DNA from: Haliotis rubra
Taxonomy: Eukaryota
Assembly (NCBI RefSeq): GCF_003918875.1
Contig: NW_025765403.1
Location: forward strand, 1,426,001-1,490,000
DNA: 64,000 bases
Direction: 5' to 3'
Position 1 is the first letter of the stretch. Each line of letters begins with the position of its first letter. Shown in pieces: positions 14,545 through 27,395 of this stretch. A program made the position numbers and the translations under genes. The notes under the pieces are model-generated. The model was not told where the DNA came from. It did no database searches and worked only from the letters and a program-made list of their open reading frames with translations.

Positions 14545-15996
14545 CCATCTGTGTCGGTCTTTGGACTGGAAACCACATCATGTACTGTTGATATAGGAAG
14601 TGGGATATCCATAGCGATCGACATATCCATCCATACTTCAACCCAGCTGACGAAAGTAAAGGGTTAAGGATAAGGCAACATGCTAATGCTTCTTTGAATT
14701 TACAAGTACAATATTGTCTTTCTCCGCTGTGGTGTAGACAACCTCACAGTATCGTAATTGTATTGAGTGATTCTGTGAAACAGAAATTGTAAATTATTTT
14801 CCCTAAATATGGACCTTTTATGTTGAAAACATAAACCAAAGTGTGTAATTGAAGACTGTGTGTGCTAGATATCAGCAAAATATAAAACAGCGTATTTTGC
14901 AAACTTTGATTGGTGAAAAAAAATGAATATAACCTGTTAATTGAATGCATAAAATGATGTCATTTGTAAACAGCTAAGATATCATAAGATTTGTAGTTCC
15001 TACATTGCAAAGTCTAATAACTCACTGTTTAACACAGAATGGCGATATACACAAATTTCATATTTTTGAGTGAATTGCAATTACCGGGACATCCTAGTTT
15101 TTACTTAAAGTGGATTACAGCTGACTACTCGTGAATGACTTGCAAATTAAGATTGATGGGGTTCACATTGTCTGCAATACTAAATCACGAAGTTATCTGT
15201 TAGTATAGAACCTCGTATGACTAGATATATGTTGCTGGTTGCCTTCACATGGCAATGTATCTTGGATTAACATTACTTTAATATAGTGTTATATATCCGT
15301 CATGGACAAACACCAGGATTATGAGTAATGTTTTTGAACATGTAAAGAAAGTTTTATCCATGGCTTTTTTTGTGGAAGCGGTGGAAGACTGTGGGGGATG
15401 GGGGTTTATTTTGAATATTGATACGCGTTAAGTATACTAAAATGTGTGTGTGTGTGTGTGAGTGAGAGAGAGAGAGAGAGAGTGTGTGTGTGTGTGTGAA
15501 TTTGAAGTTTTGTCGCAGAAATCTTTTTTAGAGTGGACACCTCTGTTATTCGTTAAAATGATTGATCAGCTTTATTTGTGCCTTCACAATAAATACTTAC
15601 TATTCACTTACTATTCGACTGCTGTTTTAAGTTGTTTCCTATTTATCAAGTACGATTGATGATCACTAGTCAACAAATCACATGGAGAGGGAAAGTCACT
15701 CCTCGTGTCTTACCCTCATGTTGACTGAAGCGGAGCTTGGGTTATATTCTAACCAAAATTCCGACTTTTGTGTGATCGGGGAACACCTCTTGGTATGAAT
15801 CACATTTAATGAACAAAAAAACGTTCGCATCTATTAAAACGCGAGTGTTGGGGAATGAGTTCGCCTGGCAAGAGGTCTGACCATACCAACCCACACACAA
15901 CACAACACCTGAGTAAATAAACGTGGAGTTTATTACAACGCAGTCACTGAACGATATGTTTCATAGTCAGGCAATAACAGAATGATTTACAATATA

Positions 15997-16189
15997 TACT
16001 ACCCATCAAAAGTTTAGACTCACTTAAAGCACTCACTATATGTTATGTATATGTATGTGGTTACATCGAAGATGAATTTCTCCACCAACTTGGGGGAACC
16101 AACTGAAAACCTTATGCAGATGAATTGCACAAGGATGATGCTTCATGGCTACATTTACACTAGTGAGTCTAAACTTTTGATGGGTAGTA
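15997..16189. mobile_element. MITE, Tc1-like
   Basis: TIR TACTACCCATCAAAAGTTTAGACTCACT and its reverse complement AGTGAGTCTAAACTTTTGATGGGTAGTA; TA on both flanks. Confidence 0.8.
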
Positions 16190-16395
16190 TATTATTACAG
16201 CATGTTCACAATGCAGTCATCTGTCAAAGAACATGAACATCATGTGTACATTTGTTACACATACTACCTTAATCACGATACACATTCAATAGTATACAAC
16301 GTAATAAAATTGTTCAATACTCTACACCTCACCCCAGCGGGTGTTCATACAATCTACAAAACAGCAACGTATTCACTACATAATACAATACATAG

Positions 16396-16783
16396 AGAAT
16401 CTCACCCAAGTGTCTTCTGATATCAATTATATCAACACGAGTTGATAAAGTTACAAATATCCGAGGCTTGCCGAGGATATTTTTACTTTTATCAATGAGT
16501 GTTGATATATTTGATATCAGAAGACACGAGGGTGAGATTCTATTTATCATCCAAAATCACTCTTCATTAATTGTCAATGAAAATGTACATCTCTGAACAT
16601 GGTACTGCCATTAGACTTGCAGTGCAGCGATGTCATAGCATTGTGACGTCATCAAGTACATGACGTCATAGCATTGTCAGGGCATTGTACAAAATCTACT
16701 GTCAAAACGATATCTCCTAGGAGATATCGTTTGATCTCACACAAGCGATATCTCCTGTGGAACACAGTTTTGGATGATAAATA
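16396..16783. mobile_element. Palindromic non-autonomous element
   Basis: ~146-bp hairpin 16396-16541 centred on GAGGCTTGCCGAG; second inverted pair TATTTATCATCCAAAA (16541) / TTTTGGATGATAAATA (16768-16783). Confidence 0.6.
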
Positions 16784-17669
16784 AAATATTCGACACACTC
16801 GATAGTCTTGAGAGCATGTCATTTAGTTGGTCCAAACATCGATGACCTGTCGCGAGTATGCCACGAAGGTATATGTGGCACGGGATTTGACCACGTGATA
16901 GAAACATATGCTATAGATAAATACAATGCCACTTATCAGGGTGACCCTCGGCAGTTTTAAGATAATGAAACGTTGACAAGTAGTCTGTAACAATTCAAGT
17001 TTTCAAAAACACATATCGTTATAAAATATTGGTGAAACGTTGTCCAGTTTTTCCGTGTTAATGCATCCATGAAAATGCAATGAGACTTTGCATTATGGAG
17101 CTACATCAGAATCACCGATACCCTGAGAAGGATATCAATGTATGCTTGTTTTGATTACACAGCGGTATTATATACTTCCATATTGCGGCAGTATTCAGCG
17201 ATGACATGATTGTCCAAATGAAGTACATGCAGCTCTTTTTTCATAATTGTTCTGGAATTAATATAAAACAGACCATAGGATTCTTGTTAAAAGCATCCAG
17301 TCAGCTTCGATCCATCCTCAAAAAACAGTCCCGTCTAATATAATAAGAATACACAAACACACACACACATATATATACATACACATATATACATATATTG
17401 ATAGATCTATTTTTTCTATGCATACAATATGTATATAATTGTGATGCATAATATAATTATAGGGACCGCAAAAAGCGTATTTAATTACATATCCAGTTAA
17501 CCTGATTATATAGACACGCACGCGCAGACAGACACACACACACACACAGACAGATGAACAGATCTCAGGGCAATGTGATAAGACCACATCTAATTTTCCA
17601 TATTACGACAATTGACACATGTTGTCATTTGAACGAGGAACTGTGACCAGCAAATGCATCCATCAATCT

Positions 17670-17749
17670 ATATGTGTGCGTGCGTGCGTGCGTGCATATG
17701 TGCGTGCATATGTATGTATGTATGTATCCGTGTGTGTGTACATGTATAC

Positions 17750-17798
<49 letters not shown>

Positions 17799-18128
17799 CA
17801 AAAGGAAATATATATGTATCGGCTGTTACCTCATAAGGCTATATATATATATTGGCTGTTACCTCATAAAGATATATATATCGGCTGTTACCTCATAAGG
17901 ATATATATATATATCGGCTGTTACCACATAAAGATATAGATATATATACATGTATATATCGGCTGTTACCTCATAAGGATATATATATATATATATAGGC
18001 TGTTACCTCATAAGAATATATACAGTATATATATATCGGCTGTTACCTCATAAGGATATATATATATATATATATATACCGGCTTATTCATCATAAAGAT
18101 ATATATATATATATCGGCTGTTACCTCA
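17670..18128. repeat. Microsatellites plus a minisatellite (ATCGGCTGTTACCTCATAAGG with variable (AT)n spacers)
   Basis: Direct reading; about 9 copies of the core. Confidence 0.9.
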
Positions 18129-18957
18129 TCATGGCTTGGCTTGCTGGCGAAACCACACGATGTACGTTTGAACCTATCAAATGTGATAGTAGGACTACTT
18201 GGAAATGAATCCGAAACTAGAACAGTCACAGCGGTGATATGTAACCTGTAGGTTGGTTCGAAGTATGTGAGGTGAGTGTTACATACGCTATCCCTACATA
18301 TCTGGTCGGGGTAACAACGATGTCACTGTCAGGCCAATATTTACATATCTTATCAACATTGTGATTCCTGATTATTACAGTATTTATGTGTAACACATTT
18401 GCAAGTGAAGTGCAATACGAACTGATATATGTATGACATGTCATAATTATAATCATGGTCATAGGTTGTCGATGAAAAAACATAACCGTGCTTCATTGTC
18501 TTAGGGCTGTGAAAAACTATAATATCGTGTCAGAAGTATTTGGTTAATCTAGCTATTTAGAATAACAGTGCAACACGCATATTAAGGTAGTAATCTCGCA
18601 GATTTGCTATGTAGGTGACGAAACGTACTTGTAACTATGTATCCGTAGGTCGCTTGAATAAAGTGATGTTCATTCCTCAAACTGTAAATTATCTTGGGTA
18701 TCGTAATCGATAGAAGCTAGACTTAACACAACTTAATTGTGGGTGACTGTAATAATAGTAATGGACACCCTGTTATTCGTAATATCGTCTGTTCGCAAAT
18801 AGTCGGTTTTCTTGTATGTAATAGTAACAGTAGCCTGAGTCGTGTAATATTCTTCCCGAAACTAACTCCGAATGTCAATGGAGCATATTTAGTAGCAGGG
18901 CCAAGGTCCAGTGTTGATAAAACTGTGTGATATTTACTCTTGTAGCAAGCACAAACA

Positions 18958-19122
18958 AGTGATTGAGTTTAGTTTTGTGCCGCTTTTAGCTCTATTCAAG
19001 CAATATCATGGTGAGGGACACCAGAAATGCGTTTCCCACATTGTTCTCAAATGGGAAATCGAACCCGTGTCTTCGGCGTGACGAGCTAACACTCTAACCA
19101 CAAGGCTACTCCACCACCGCCC
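18958..19122 (-). mobile_element. tRNA-derived SINE, family A
   Basis: Reverse complement of the GGGCGGTGG...TAGCC..GTGGTT...GGTTCGATTCCC...GATATTGCTGGAAT...AAACTAAACTCA element also at 44674 and 50467. Confidence 0.8.
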
Positions 19123-19619
19123 AGTAAGCACGAGAAAAGCAACGTATATTCAAATATCAACTCATGCCACGTCTGTAATAGTTTCACAACATAATACAAA
19201 TGGTCAGTTTAGCCACTTTACCAGCACACATATGACAGGTTATAACCACGATATGTTTAGTCATTTTTGGGAATGAGAGTTTGTAATGATCTGAATTCGT
19301 TTGAATGACTAATACATCAAAGGACAATCGACAGCTCTATGGCCTTGACATTGGTATCGATGAGGAAAATACCATTGCATTCAACAGCTATTACCTACAG
19401 TTGTTTGTGCAGCTTTATTGCACACACACTGCACACTGCACACAGTCAGTATACTTCAGGACACATACGCATAACATTACCGTGTTGGGAGACTGCCAAG
19501 GACTATAAATAGGCGCAACGTTAGCAACGGATCGATTGCTGACAAAGGCGTCCTCTGCTGACATTTAACAGTCCCAGCATGAAGCGAATGCCTTATACAG
19601 AGTTCGGCGAATAGAGGTA

Positions 19620-19628
19620 GGGATTTCC
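19620..19628 (+). promoter_or_regulatory. NF-kB-like site upstream of ZNFX1-2
   Basis: GGGATTTCC followed by ATGAAACT (IRF half-site), ~390 nt before the acceptor at 20010/20011; single motif. Confidence 0.3.
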
Positions 19629-20079
19629 ATGAAACTGATTCGGGTAGTCAAGTATTCCGAGCGTTACAGTATACACACTGATATACTGGACGTTTGGAAA
19701 ATCAGTTGAGTGACATGCAGTAGCACCTTGTATCGTTCAAAGATATTTCACGCATCAAACCCACACGTATGACCTGCTGAACAGAGTGGAACTCGGGTAT
19801 TCAGGTGTTTACATTACAGCTGTGGGATCATGTGACCTCTTTACATAACACCATTCGTCAAGGGTGTGTTCATAAACATAAGCGATACGTATGAAGTAGA
19901 CAATGAACGAGAAGGCAAAACGACCTGCTCTCGTATAACCACTGAACTATGTGACGATATATTATACTCACAGTGCCCTCTGGTTCAAATAATGCGTTGA
20001 TATCTTTCAGGTTATTGAGCGTCATGGCGGTGCTGCTGGGCTACTAGTGTTAGGCATTAGACTTCACAAAACGGTCAAA

Positions 20080-23000
20080 ATGGAGGAGTTCCCACCACTG
20101 ATGCCTGAAGCCAGGGCTGGAAAGAAGACCAGAGGTAAAGAGGAAAAGATGAAAGAACAGCCTACACCTGCACTTGGTAAACCTTGTTTGAAAGATCTGG
20201 CAAGCTTTCTGGAACAGAGGGAAACAACCGGCAGAGATGAACAGCTTTCAGATGACGAATGTGACAGCACAAGAACACAGAGCCCCATTTCTATCAGTTT
20301 ACCACCCTTATCAACAGTTCAACAGGATATGCATGGAACTGGAACGAAGGCTACAACGTCAAAACCATTGATAAAAGGAAAACAGAAAAAGAGAAAGTTT
20401 GTTTCTTTAGACTTTAACCTTCCATCAGCTAATTCAGAAACTCATCATGGAATGTATGGGAGCAATCTTCATGGAGCCCAGGGGCGTGAAACAGCCATCA
20501 GAGATTCCTTGAGGTCTCCCGCAAATGTGAAGCCAGATTATGAGATTGAAGATGACGCTGCAACACCCAAATTAGAATACCTTGATGACTCCAACACGGT
20601 GGCGAAAAGTGTGATGCAGAAATTGGAAAAGCAAAATCAGAGTTCAAATCTGTGCTATAATCATACCAGCACAATCCACATGATCGAAAACCCCTCCATG
20701 AGTGACCAAGGCGATGTGGGGAGAAGTCTGGCATATAACCCAGGCCTTCAACAAGGAGGACCATGTGCAGGCAAAAGGTATGACTGTAATACCAACACAA
20801 TCTCAACTGTCGAGGCAACACGTGTCTCTGAAACACACGTCCTTGTGGATAAACTGACAGAAGACAAAAAAAGCAACAAACCTTCAAAGAAGGGGAAGAA
20901 GCACAAGACACACATGGTGCCTGCTCCTGTTGAGATACTGGGATTTAAAACAAAGAATCCCAGTCGGAACACAAAAAGCGACAAAGGGAGTACAATTTCC
21001 AAAGCTTTAGACATTAAGATCTCAACGCCTAAACGTCCAGCACAACGAAAGACTCAAAGGCGAGTCATTCCCACTATCCAGCCTGATGACACGGACAGTT
21101 CAGATGAACCGGTGGAGCGAGACTATAAATGGATTCATAAAAAACTCACCGATAGAACGATTTCTTTGTCCCTCTTGATGTCTTTACAAAGTCAGCCATC
21201 CCCTTTAATAGCACTGACTCTTGCCAGGAATGTTGATCTGGATGATCTGTTGAATGATGAAGCATCTGACATAGAAGACTGTCTTCTACTTTTGTCTCTG
21301 ATTTCCAGAGGATGTGAGTGTCAAGTTGTGCCAAAGACTGGATTGCAAATCCTTACAAAGATGACAGTGTTTGTCTCAAAACATTTACGCTCCCTAACTA
21401 CACGACTCGCAGAAAGAGTGCAAACAATTGAGTCATTGACAATTCAAAACTTTTTCAGAGATATGGTGACAATATTGAAAGAGATGGTACACAGAGTGAA
21501 GGACACTGGTACTGATCCAACAGCAATACCCACTCTAATTCTTATTGCTGCAGCTAAACAGTTGACAATTCCTGAAGAGTCACTACAGGCGATCCTCCTT
21601 GATCTGAGGTCATTGAGAGACGCGAGATTCAAAGTATGTGAAGATACTTTCTTGCATAAGGATGACAATTTCCGTCAAATAAAGCTCATGCCCACAAATG
21701 ATGACATAAATCCCGCCATGAAACCACTCCTGAAGAAAAACAAGGTAGTCGGCAAATACACAGACGTTGATGAATATTTAGATGTTCAGTACAGGCTACT
21801 CAGGGAAGACTTCATTCAGCCTTTACGAGAAGGGGTTTCAGAGTATCAAGACCTATTGGCCATGAAGGACAGAAGAGCAACACGTCTGTATCAGAATGTA
21901 CTAGTCAGGCGCTTCTTCTGCTCAGAAGATGGAATCGTATACCGATTACAATTTGATGTAAGCAAACTTTCACATGTTGACTGGGGTAATACAAAGAGAC
22001 TCATGTATGGATCAATGGTATGCATCTCATCTGACAACTTCCAGACAGTACGGTTTGCAATAATTAGTGATAGAAAGCCTGAGAAACTTCAACAAGGGAG
22101 AATTGATATCAAGTTTGATAATAAAGTCAAACTTGATCCAGGAACGAAGTTTACAATGGTGGAAACGCCAGCTCTGTTTGTTGCATATCGACATGTGCTG
22201 ATCGGAATTCAGCAGATAGAGAGTAACAAACTTCCAATGTCTGAATACTTTGTGGAATGTCGTGCAACACTGGCACCTCCAGAGTATTTGACCAAAGATG
22301 ACGCCATCAGCTATGATATGAGTGGTCTTGCAAAGACGTCAGAAGACGTCAGCAGAGCTTCATTCAAGTCTGTATGTGTACACCAGGAAGTGGAATGGCC
22401 TATTGCTAGCGATCTTGAAATGGACGAATCCCAGTTCAATGCGTTCCATACAGCTCTTACTAAGGAACTTGCCATCATTCAAGGGCCTCCTGGAACCGGC
22501 AAGACCTATGTTGGTCTGAAGATTGTGAAAGCCTTGATGCAAAACAGACATGCATGGAACCCTGATAACTCGAGACCATTACTGGTTGTTTGCTACACCA
22601 ATCATGCACTCGATCAGTTCTTGGAAGGAATTTTGACATTTTTCAAAGCGAAGGTTCTCAGAGTGGGTGGGCGATCAAAAAGTGAAATACTGGTTAACCA
22701 TAACCTCAATCGCAAAAGATCTGAGCTGTTCAGGCGTAAAGCCCTCCTAGATGAAGACATCAGTGAAATTCTGGAAATCCGACATGAATTGAAGGACGAC
22801 TTCCTTGTGTGCCAAAGGGAGATAGAGGAGTATGGACAACAAGTTGATGCAACAACAGAAGGAGTCCTTCATGAAGACTATTTAAGGCCCTTTATGAAGC
22901 AGCATTTTAGGAAGATTACCAAAACATTCGGTAAGAAGGACCGTTTTTCTGCCCTCCTGGAATGGCTGGATATTAAAGGAATAGGCAAAGAGGTCTCAAC

Positions 23001-26000
23001 GCGCCCCACTCATACAGCAGCAGCCAAGGCAAGCGTAGAGAAGGATGACGTTGGGCAGGTTGATGAACACGAAGAAGAGGATGAGACAGAAAAGGAAAGG
23101 AAGCTTGATGACATTGATGAATACCTGCAATTACAAACAAGAAATTTATCCATGTATAGGAATCAGTGTCTAGCTGTTAGTCTTCATGACTGTGATTTGA
23201 CAGATGACAAGTGGAAAACTAAACACAAAACGGCTATGAAAAGGGATAGCAGACAAACACTGAAAACACGTTTGAGAAAGGAACTTTTGTCCCACGCAAA
23301 AATGGAAACGCATGAAGCATCCAGCGTGGATGATGCAAGTGCTCTGACAATAGCTGACCGATGGCGATTGTATAGGTACTGGGTTGACCAGTTTTGCCAA
23401 AAGATGCACCACCTGATGGGACCTCTGAAGACAGTATGTCAGAATGCTGCTGATAGGTACAAAGAAGCAAATGCTTTGGTCGACAAATACGTCTTTGAAC
23501 ATTCCTCGGTGATTGGCTTAACTACAACGGGGGCAGCGAGGTATCAGAACCTGCTTACAGATATACAGCCACCGGTTGTAATTGTGGAAGAAGCTGCTGA
23601 AGTATTGGAAGGACATATCATTACATCCCTTAGTCCAGGGTGCCAGCACCTCATCCTGATCGGTGACCACAAACAACTTAGGCCAAATCCAAACGTGTAT
23701 GCACTAGCCAGGAGATATAACTTAGATCTGTCTCTATTTGAACGGATGATCAACAATGGTTTACATTGTGATTGTCTGGAACTGCAGCACAGAATGAGAC
23801 CCTCCATCTCCAAGGTATTAAGGCACATCTATGACAAGTTGAAGGATCATGAATCTGTGTTTGGATATGAGGATGTCCTTGGAGTTTCAGAGAACATTTA
23901 CTTCATTAATCACTCTGTTCAGGAATCAGAAAACAAGGAACTCATGAGTCATCTGAATGACTTTGAAGCACAGTACATCTCGAAACTGTGCCAGTATTTA
24001 CTGAAACAGGGTTACAGTCACAGACAAATTACAGTCCTGTCAACATATTCTGCTCAGGTATCACACTTGAGGTCAATGATGAAAGAAGAGAGACAAGAAG
24101 GTCTACTGATAACAGCTGTTGACAATTACCAGGGAGAAGAAAATGATATCATTCTTCTGTCCTTAGTACGCAGCAACCAAGAAGAAAAGATTGGGTTTTT
24201 GAAGACCGACAACAGAATATGTGTCGCCCTATCAAGGGCAAAGATAGGACTATATGTTATTGGGAATTTTGATTTACTATGTCGGCACAGTGAAACTTGG
24301 AAAAATATCACCCAAGACCTTAAAGATTCAAATCAATTTGGACCAGGTTTGAAACTCTACTGCCAGAGCCATCCGAGTGCAGAGGGCATTGTTGTCACTG
24401 ACCCAAAAATGTTTCAATTGGTCCCTGAGGGTGGATGCATGAAGCAGTGCCATTATGTATTGGACTGTGGACATAGCTGTACTCTGAAATGTCATGCATA
24501 TGACCCAAATCATGTGTTGTTTTCCTGCAAGAAACAATGTCAGAAGCAGATTTGCAAACTTGGTCATCCATGCCCAGCTACTTGCTCAGAGGAATGCCCT
24601 CCCTGTGAGTTCCCAGTCGTCAAAACTATTCCTAAATGTCAGCATACACTGGAGATACCATGCAGCGTGGATCCGGAGTTGCACGTTTGTCCCAATGCGT
24701 GTGACAAAATGTTAGAATGTGGCCATAAATGTGGAAATCTGTGTGGGTATGAACACATCTGCTATGAGACTGTTTCCAAAACATGGCCATGTGGTCACAC
24801 AGGAGAGGTACTGTGTACAGAGCAGGATCAGGCGCCTTGTCTTGTGGGATGTAATGCAATACTGCAATGTGGACATTCATGCGAAGCATTATGTTATGAA
24901 TGCAACGAAGGACGGCTTCATATGCCCTGCAAACGGAAGTGTGACAAGATTCTTTTTGCGGCCATGCATGCAGAGCCTCTTGTTCGAAATGTCCCCCCTG
25001 TACATTTGACTGTGAGAAAGCTTGCTCTCATGGAAAATGCCAGGATCCCTGTGGCCAGAAATGTCAGGAATGTGACAAACCATGTAAATGGGCTTGTGCA
25101 CATTTCAAATGCACACAAATGTGTGGAGACATTTGCGATAGAGATCGCTGTGACAAACGTTGTCGGCGAAAGCTCGAATGTAAACACACCTGTATTGGTC
25201 TTTGTGGAGAAACCTGCCCACGCCTCTGTAGAATATGCCACAAAGATGATGTTTCACCCTTTCTTACTGAGTCAGAAGACATTTCAACAGCCAGGTTTAT
25301 TCTCCTTGAAAACTGTGGACACATTGTCGAGGTACATTCTTTGGACAGAATAATGGAGAAATGCAAAGCCAGCAAACAAATACAACTTCCAAGCTGCCCA
25401 TGGTGTAACACTCTTATAAGACGTAATGCCAGGTATGGGGCTCTACTAAATCAGATACACAAACAAATAGAAATAGAAAAGGCTGCCCTGGGTGAGATGA
25501 CAACAGAAAGGCTCACAACCCTAAAGATGGTGTTGCATACTGACATAGATGGTCTTGAATGTCAAGCTGATGTATGTGAACTGATAGCAGGTGCTGGAGA
25601 AGATGAATCTCGCCTGGTGGCAGTTAAAAACCAGAAGACATTTCTCATTGGAATGGAGAACTTGAAGGCACGAATATGTGAACAAGGAGAGGTGGATGAT
25701 CAAGGAGGAATTTGGCAGGAGATCGCGAATTTTGAGCAGTGGCTGAAAATCCAGCGAGATGCCTTTACTGAGCAGGAAATCTCAGACGCTCGGAACGAAT
25801 TCCAAAGGATTACCATTTGTGTGTTTTTACATGACTTGTTATCACACGAAACAAAAGATGGGTTGCTACCCTCGGCCATGGCACTGCTGCAAAAGGTTAG
25901 GGCTGTCATCAAGGCGAAGAAAAAAATTACTGAAGATGAATATCAGCTCGTTACTGAATTGAAGAATGAGGTTTGCAACCTTTTCCCTGATAGTGAGATG

Positions 26001-26874
26001 TTTTATGGAAATGACTCGAAAGGAAAGCTGCCTGTCTGGAGACACCTGAAAGCGGCACTAAGACATTGGTTCAGGTGCCCAGTCTGTGAGTATACGACGG
26101 TTGATAATAATTACTCAAAGTAAGAATGCAAGCATGCATAACCGTTAATTAACTTACGGAACATTTATGCAGGTTTATGCAAGTAGACACACAGTCTAAC
26201 GAATTAATTTATGCTTTATTAGAACACATATCTGGCACTTTTCTTGTTTTTGAGAATACTTTCAAGTGATCGTGTGCTTTGTAAATATCTGGTTATGTTT
26301 CGACTGTATTCCTAACTAACGAGTGTCTTCACTGAGTGGCACTTTAGAAGGTGGGAAGTACAAAAATGAAGTTATCCATAAGTTTGAATAATATGAAGAT
26401 ATAGATTTTGAACTTGAAAGGTAAATGTTGAGGGAACTATCGTGTTGCGGGACTCAGCCATGTACTATTGTGGCGAGAATTCCGAACGCATTTTTACCAT
26501 CCTCCACCCCTCGTATGAAAAGGTTGTATGTAACCTGTTGTAGCCGATGACCACGTCTACTATGCTGAAGACGGCGAGGTGGAAGACGAATGTTATATGT
26601 GCGTTCGGGACAGAGCTTCAATGGAACACAAGACATGTGAAGGTAGATATTCATCTGTGTCTGAGTATTTAAGTTGTATTTTCGCTTTGAAAGCTATGTA
26701 AGATTAATTTTAATTGATTAAGATTAAGAGTGAAGTTAGCCAAATTGGTTGAACTTCCTTTTCTATTCTTATAATTATGTGGTTATCATAGACAGCCTGG
26801 CCTTTACGATAATTAACATCACCGGGTGTTTGATTTTATTTTCAGACTCAAAGGACTCAAGGGTAGATGTCTGA
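20080..26874 (+). CDS. ZNFX1: ZNFX1 paralog 2 with ~350-aa disordered N-terminal arm and degenerate RZ finger, ~2045-2055 aa
   Basis: Acceptor TTTCAG 20010; ATG 20080 (MEEFPPL); large exon to donor T|GTGAGT 26085/26086; all SF1 motifs intact; one 1-nt deletion in T-run 24953-24957 restores ILFCGHAC and joins ORF 25119. Next exon from 26544 (TGTTGTAG|, phase 1) reads SDDHVYYAEDGEVEDECYMCVRDRASMEH, then either TAA at 26699-26701 or a splice 26642>26846 ending DSKDSRVDV* at 26874 (3' end uncertain). Confidence 0.88.
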
Positions 26875-27159
26875 ATCCAACGGAAATGTATGGATCGCCA
26901 ATCGTGAACAGTACTGTTGGTTGTACTCGTCCATCAGGAATATGTATCAACATGGACATTATGTATTTGAGGAATATAACAACTTGTATACATATAGTTG
27001 CATACACGTCTGGAAGACGAGTATATCGTGTTCATGATGTGATCGTTCACTACACAGACCTACGTTGTGTCACTTGGATGTCCTTGGAGTTTGAATCGGG
27101 GAGTGTTTTGTGTCCCTCAGATTGAATGATTGTTTTTGTTTAACGATGCACTCAACCAT

Positions 27160-27395
27160 ATTGGTTTGGTTGTTGTTTTACGACGCATTTGGCAATGTTC
27201 CAGCTATATGGTGGAGGTCTGTAAATTATCCAGTCTGGACCAGGCAATCCAGTGATCAACAGCATGAACCTCGTTCTACGATACGATGGCATGTGTCAAT
27301 CAAGTCAGCGAGCCTGACCTCCCGATCCGGTTAGTCGCCGCTTACGACAAGCATGGGTTATGAAGACGAATTCTAACCCGGATCATGACGGGTCT
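27160..27395 (-). mobile_element. SINE-like repeat, family B
   Basis: CCAGCTATATGG...GTCTGGACCAG..AATCCAGTGATCAACAGCATG...GTTAGTCGCC..TTACGACAAGCATGGGTTA shared with 32133, 51328, 62930; 3' tail similar to family A. Confidence 0.8.

Noticed and set aside
26458-26543. Alternative terminal exon for paralog 2 starting at 26458 (SMYYCGENS...)
   Set aside because: Poor polypyrimidine tract and no CxxC; the exon at 26544 restores HVY and CxxC homology
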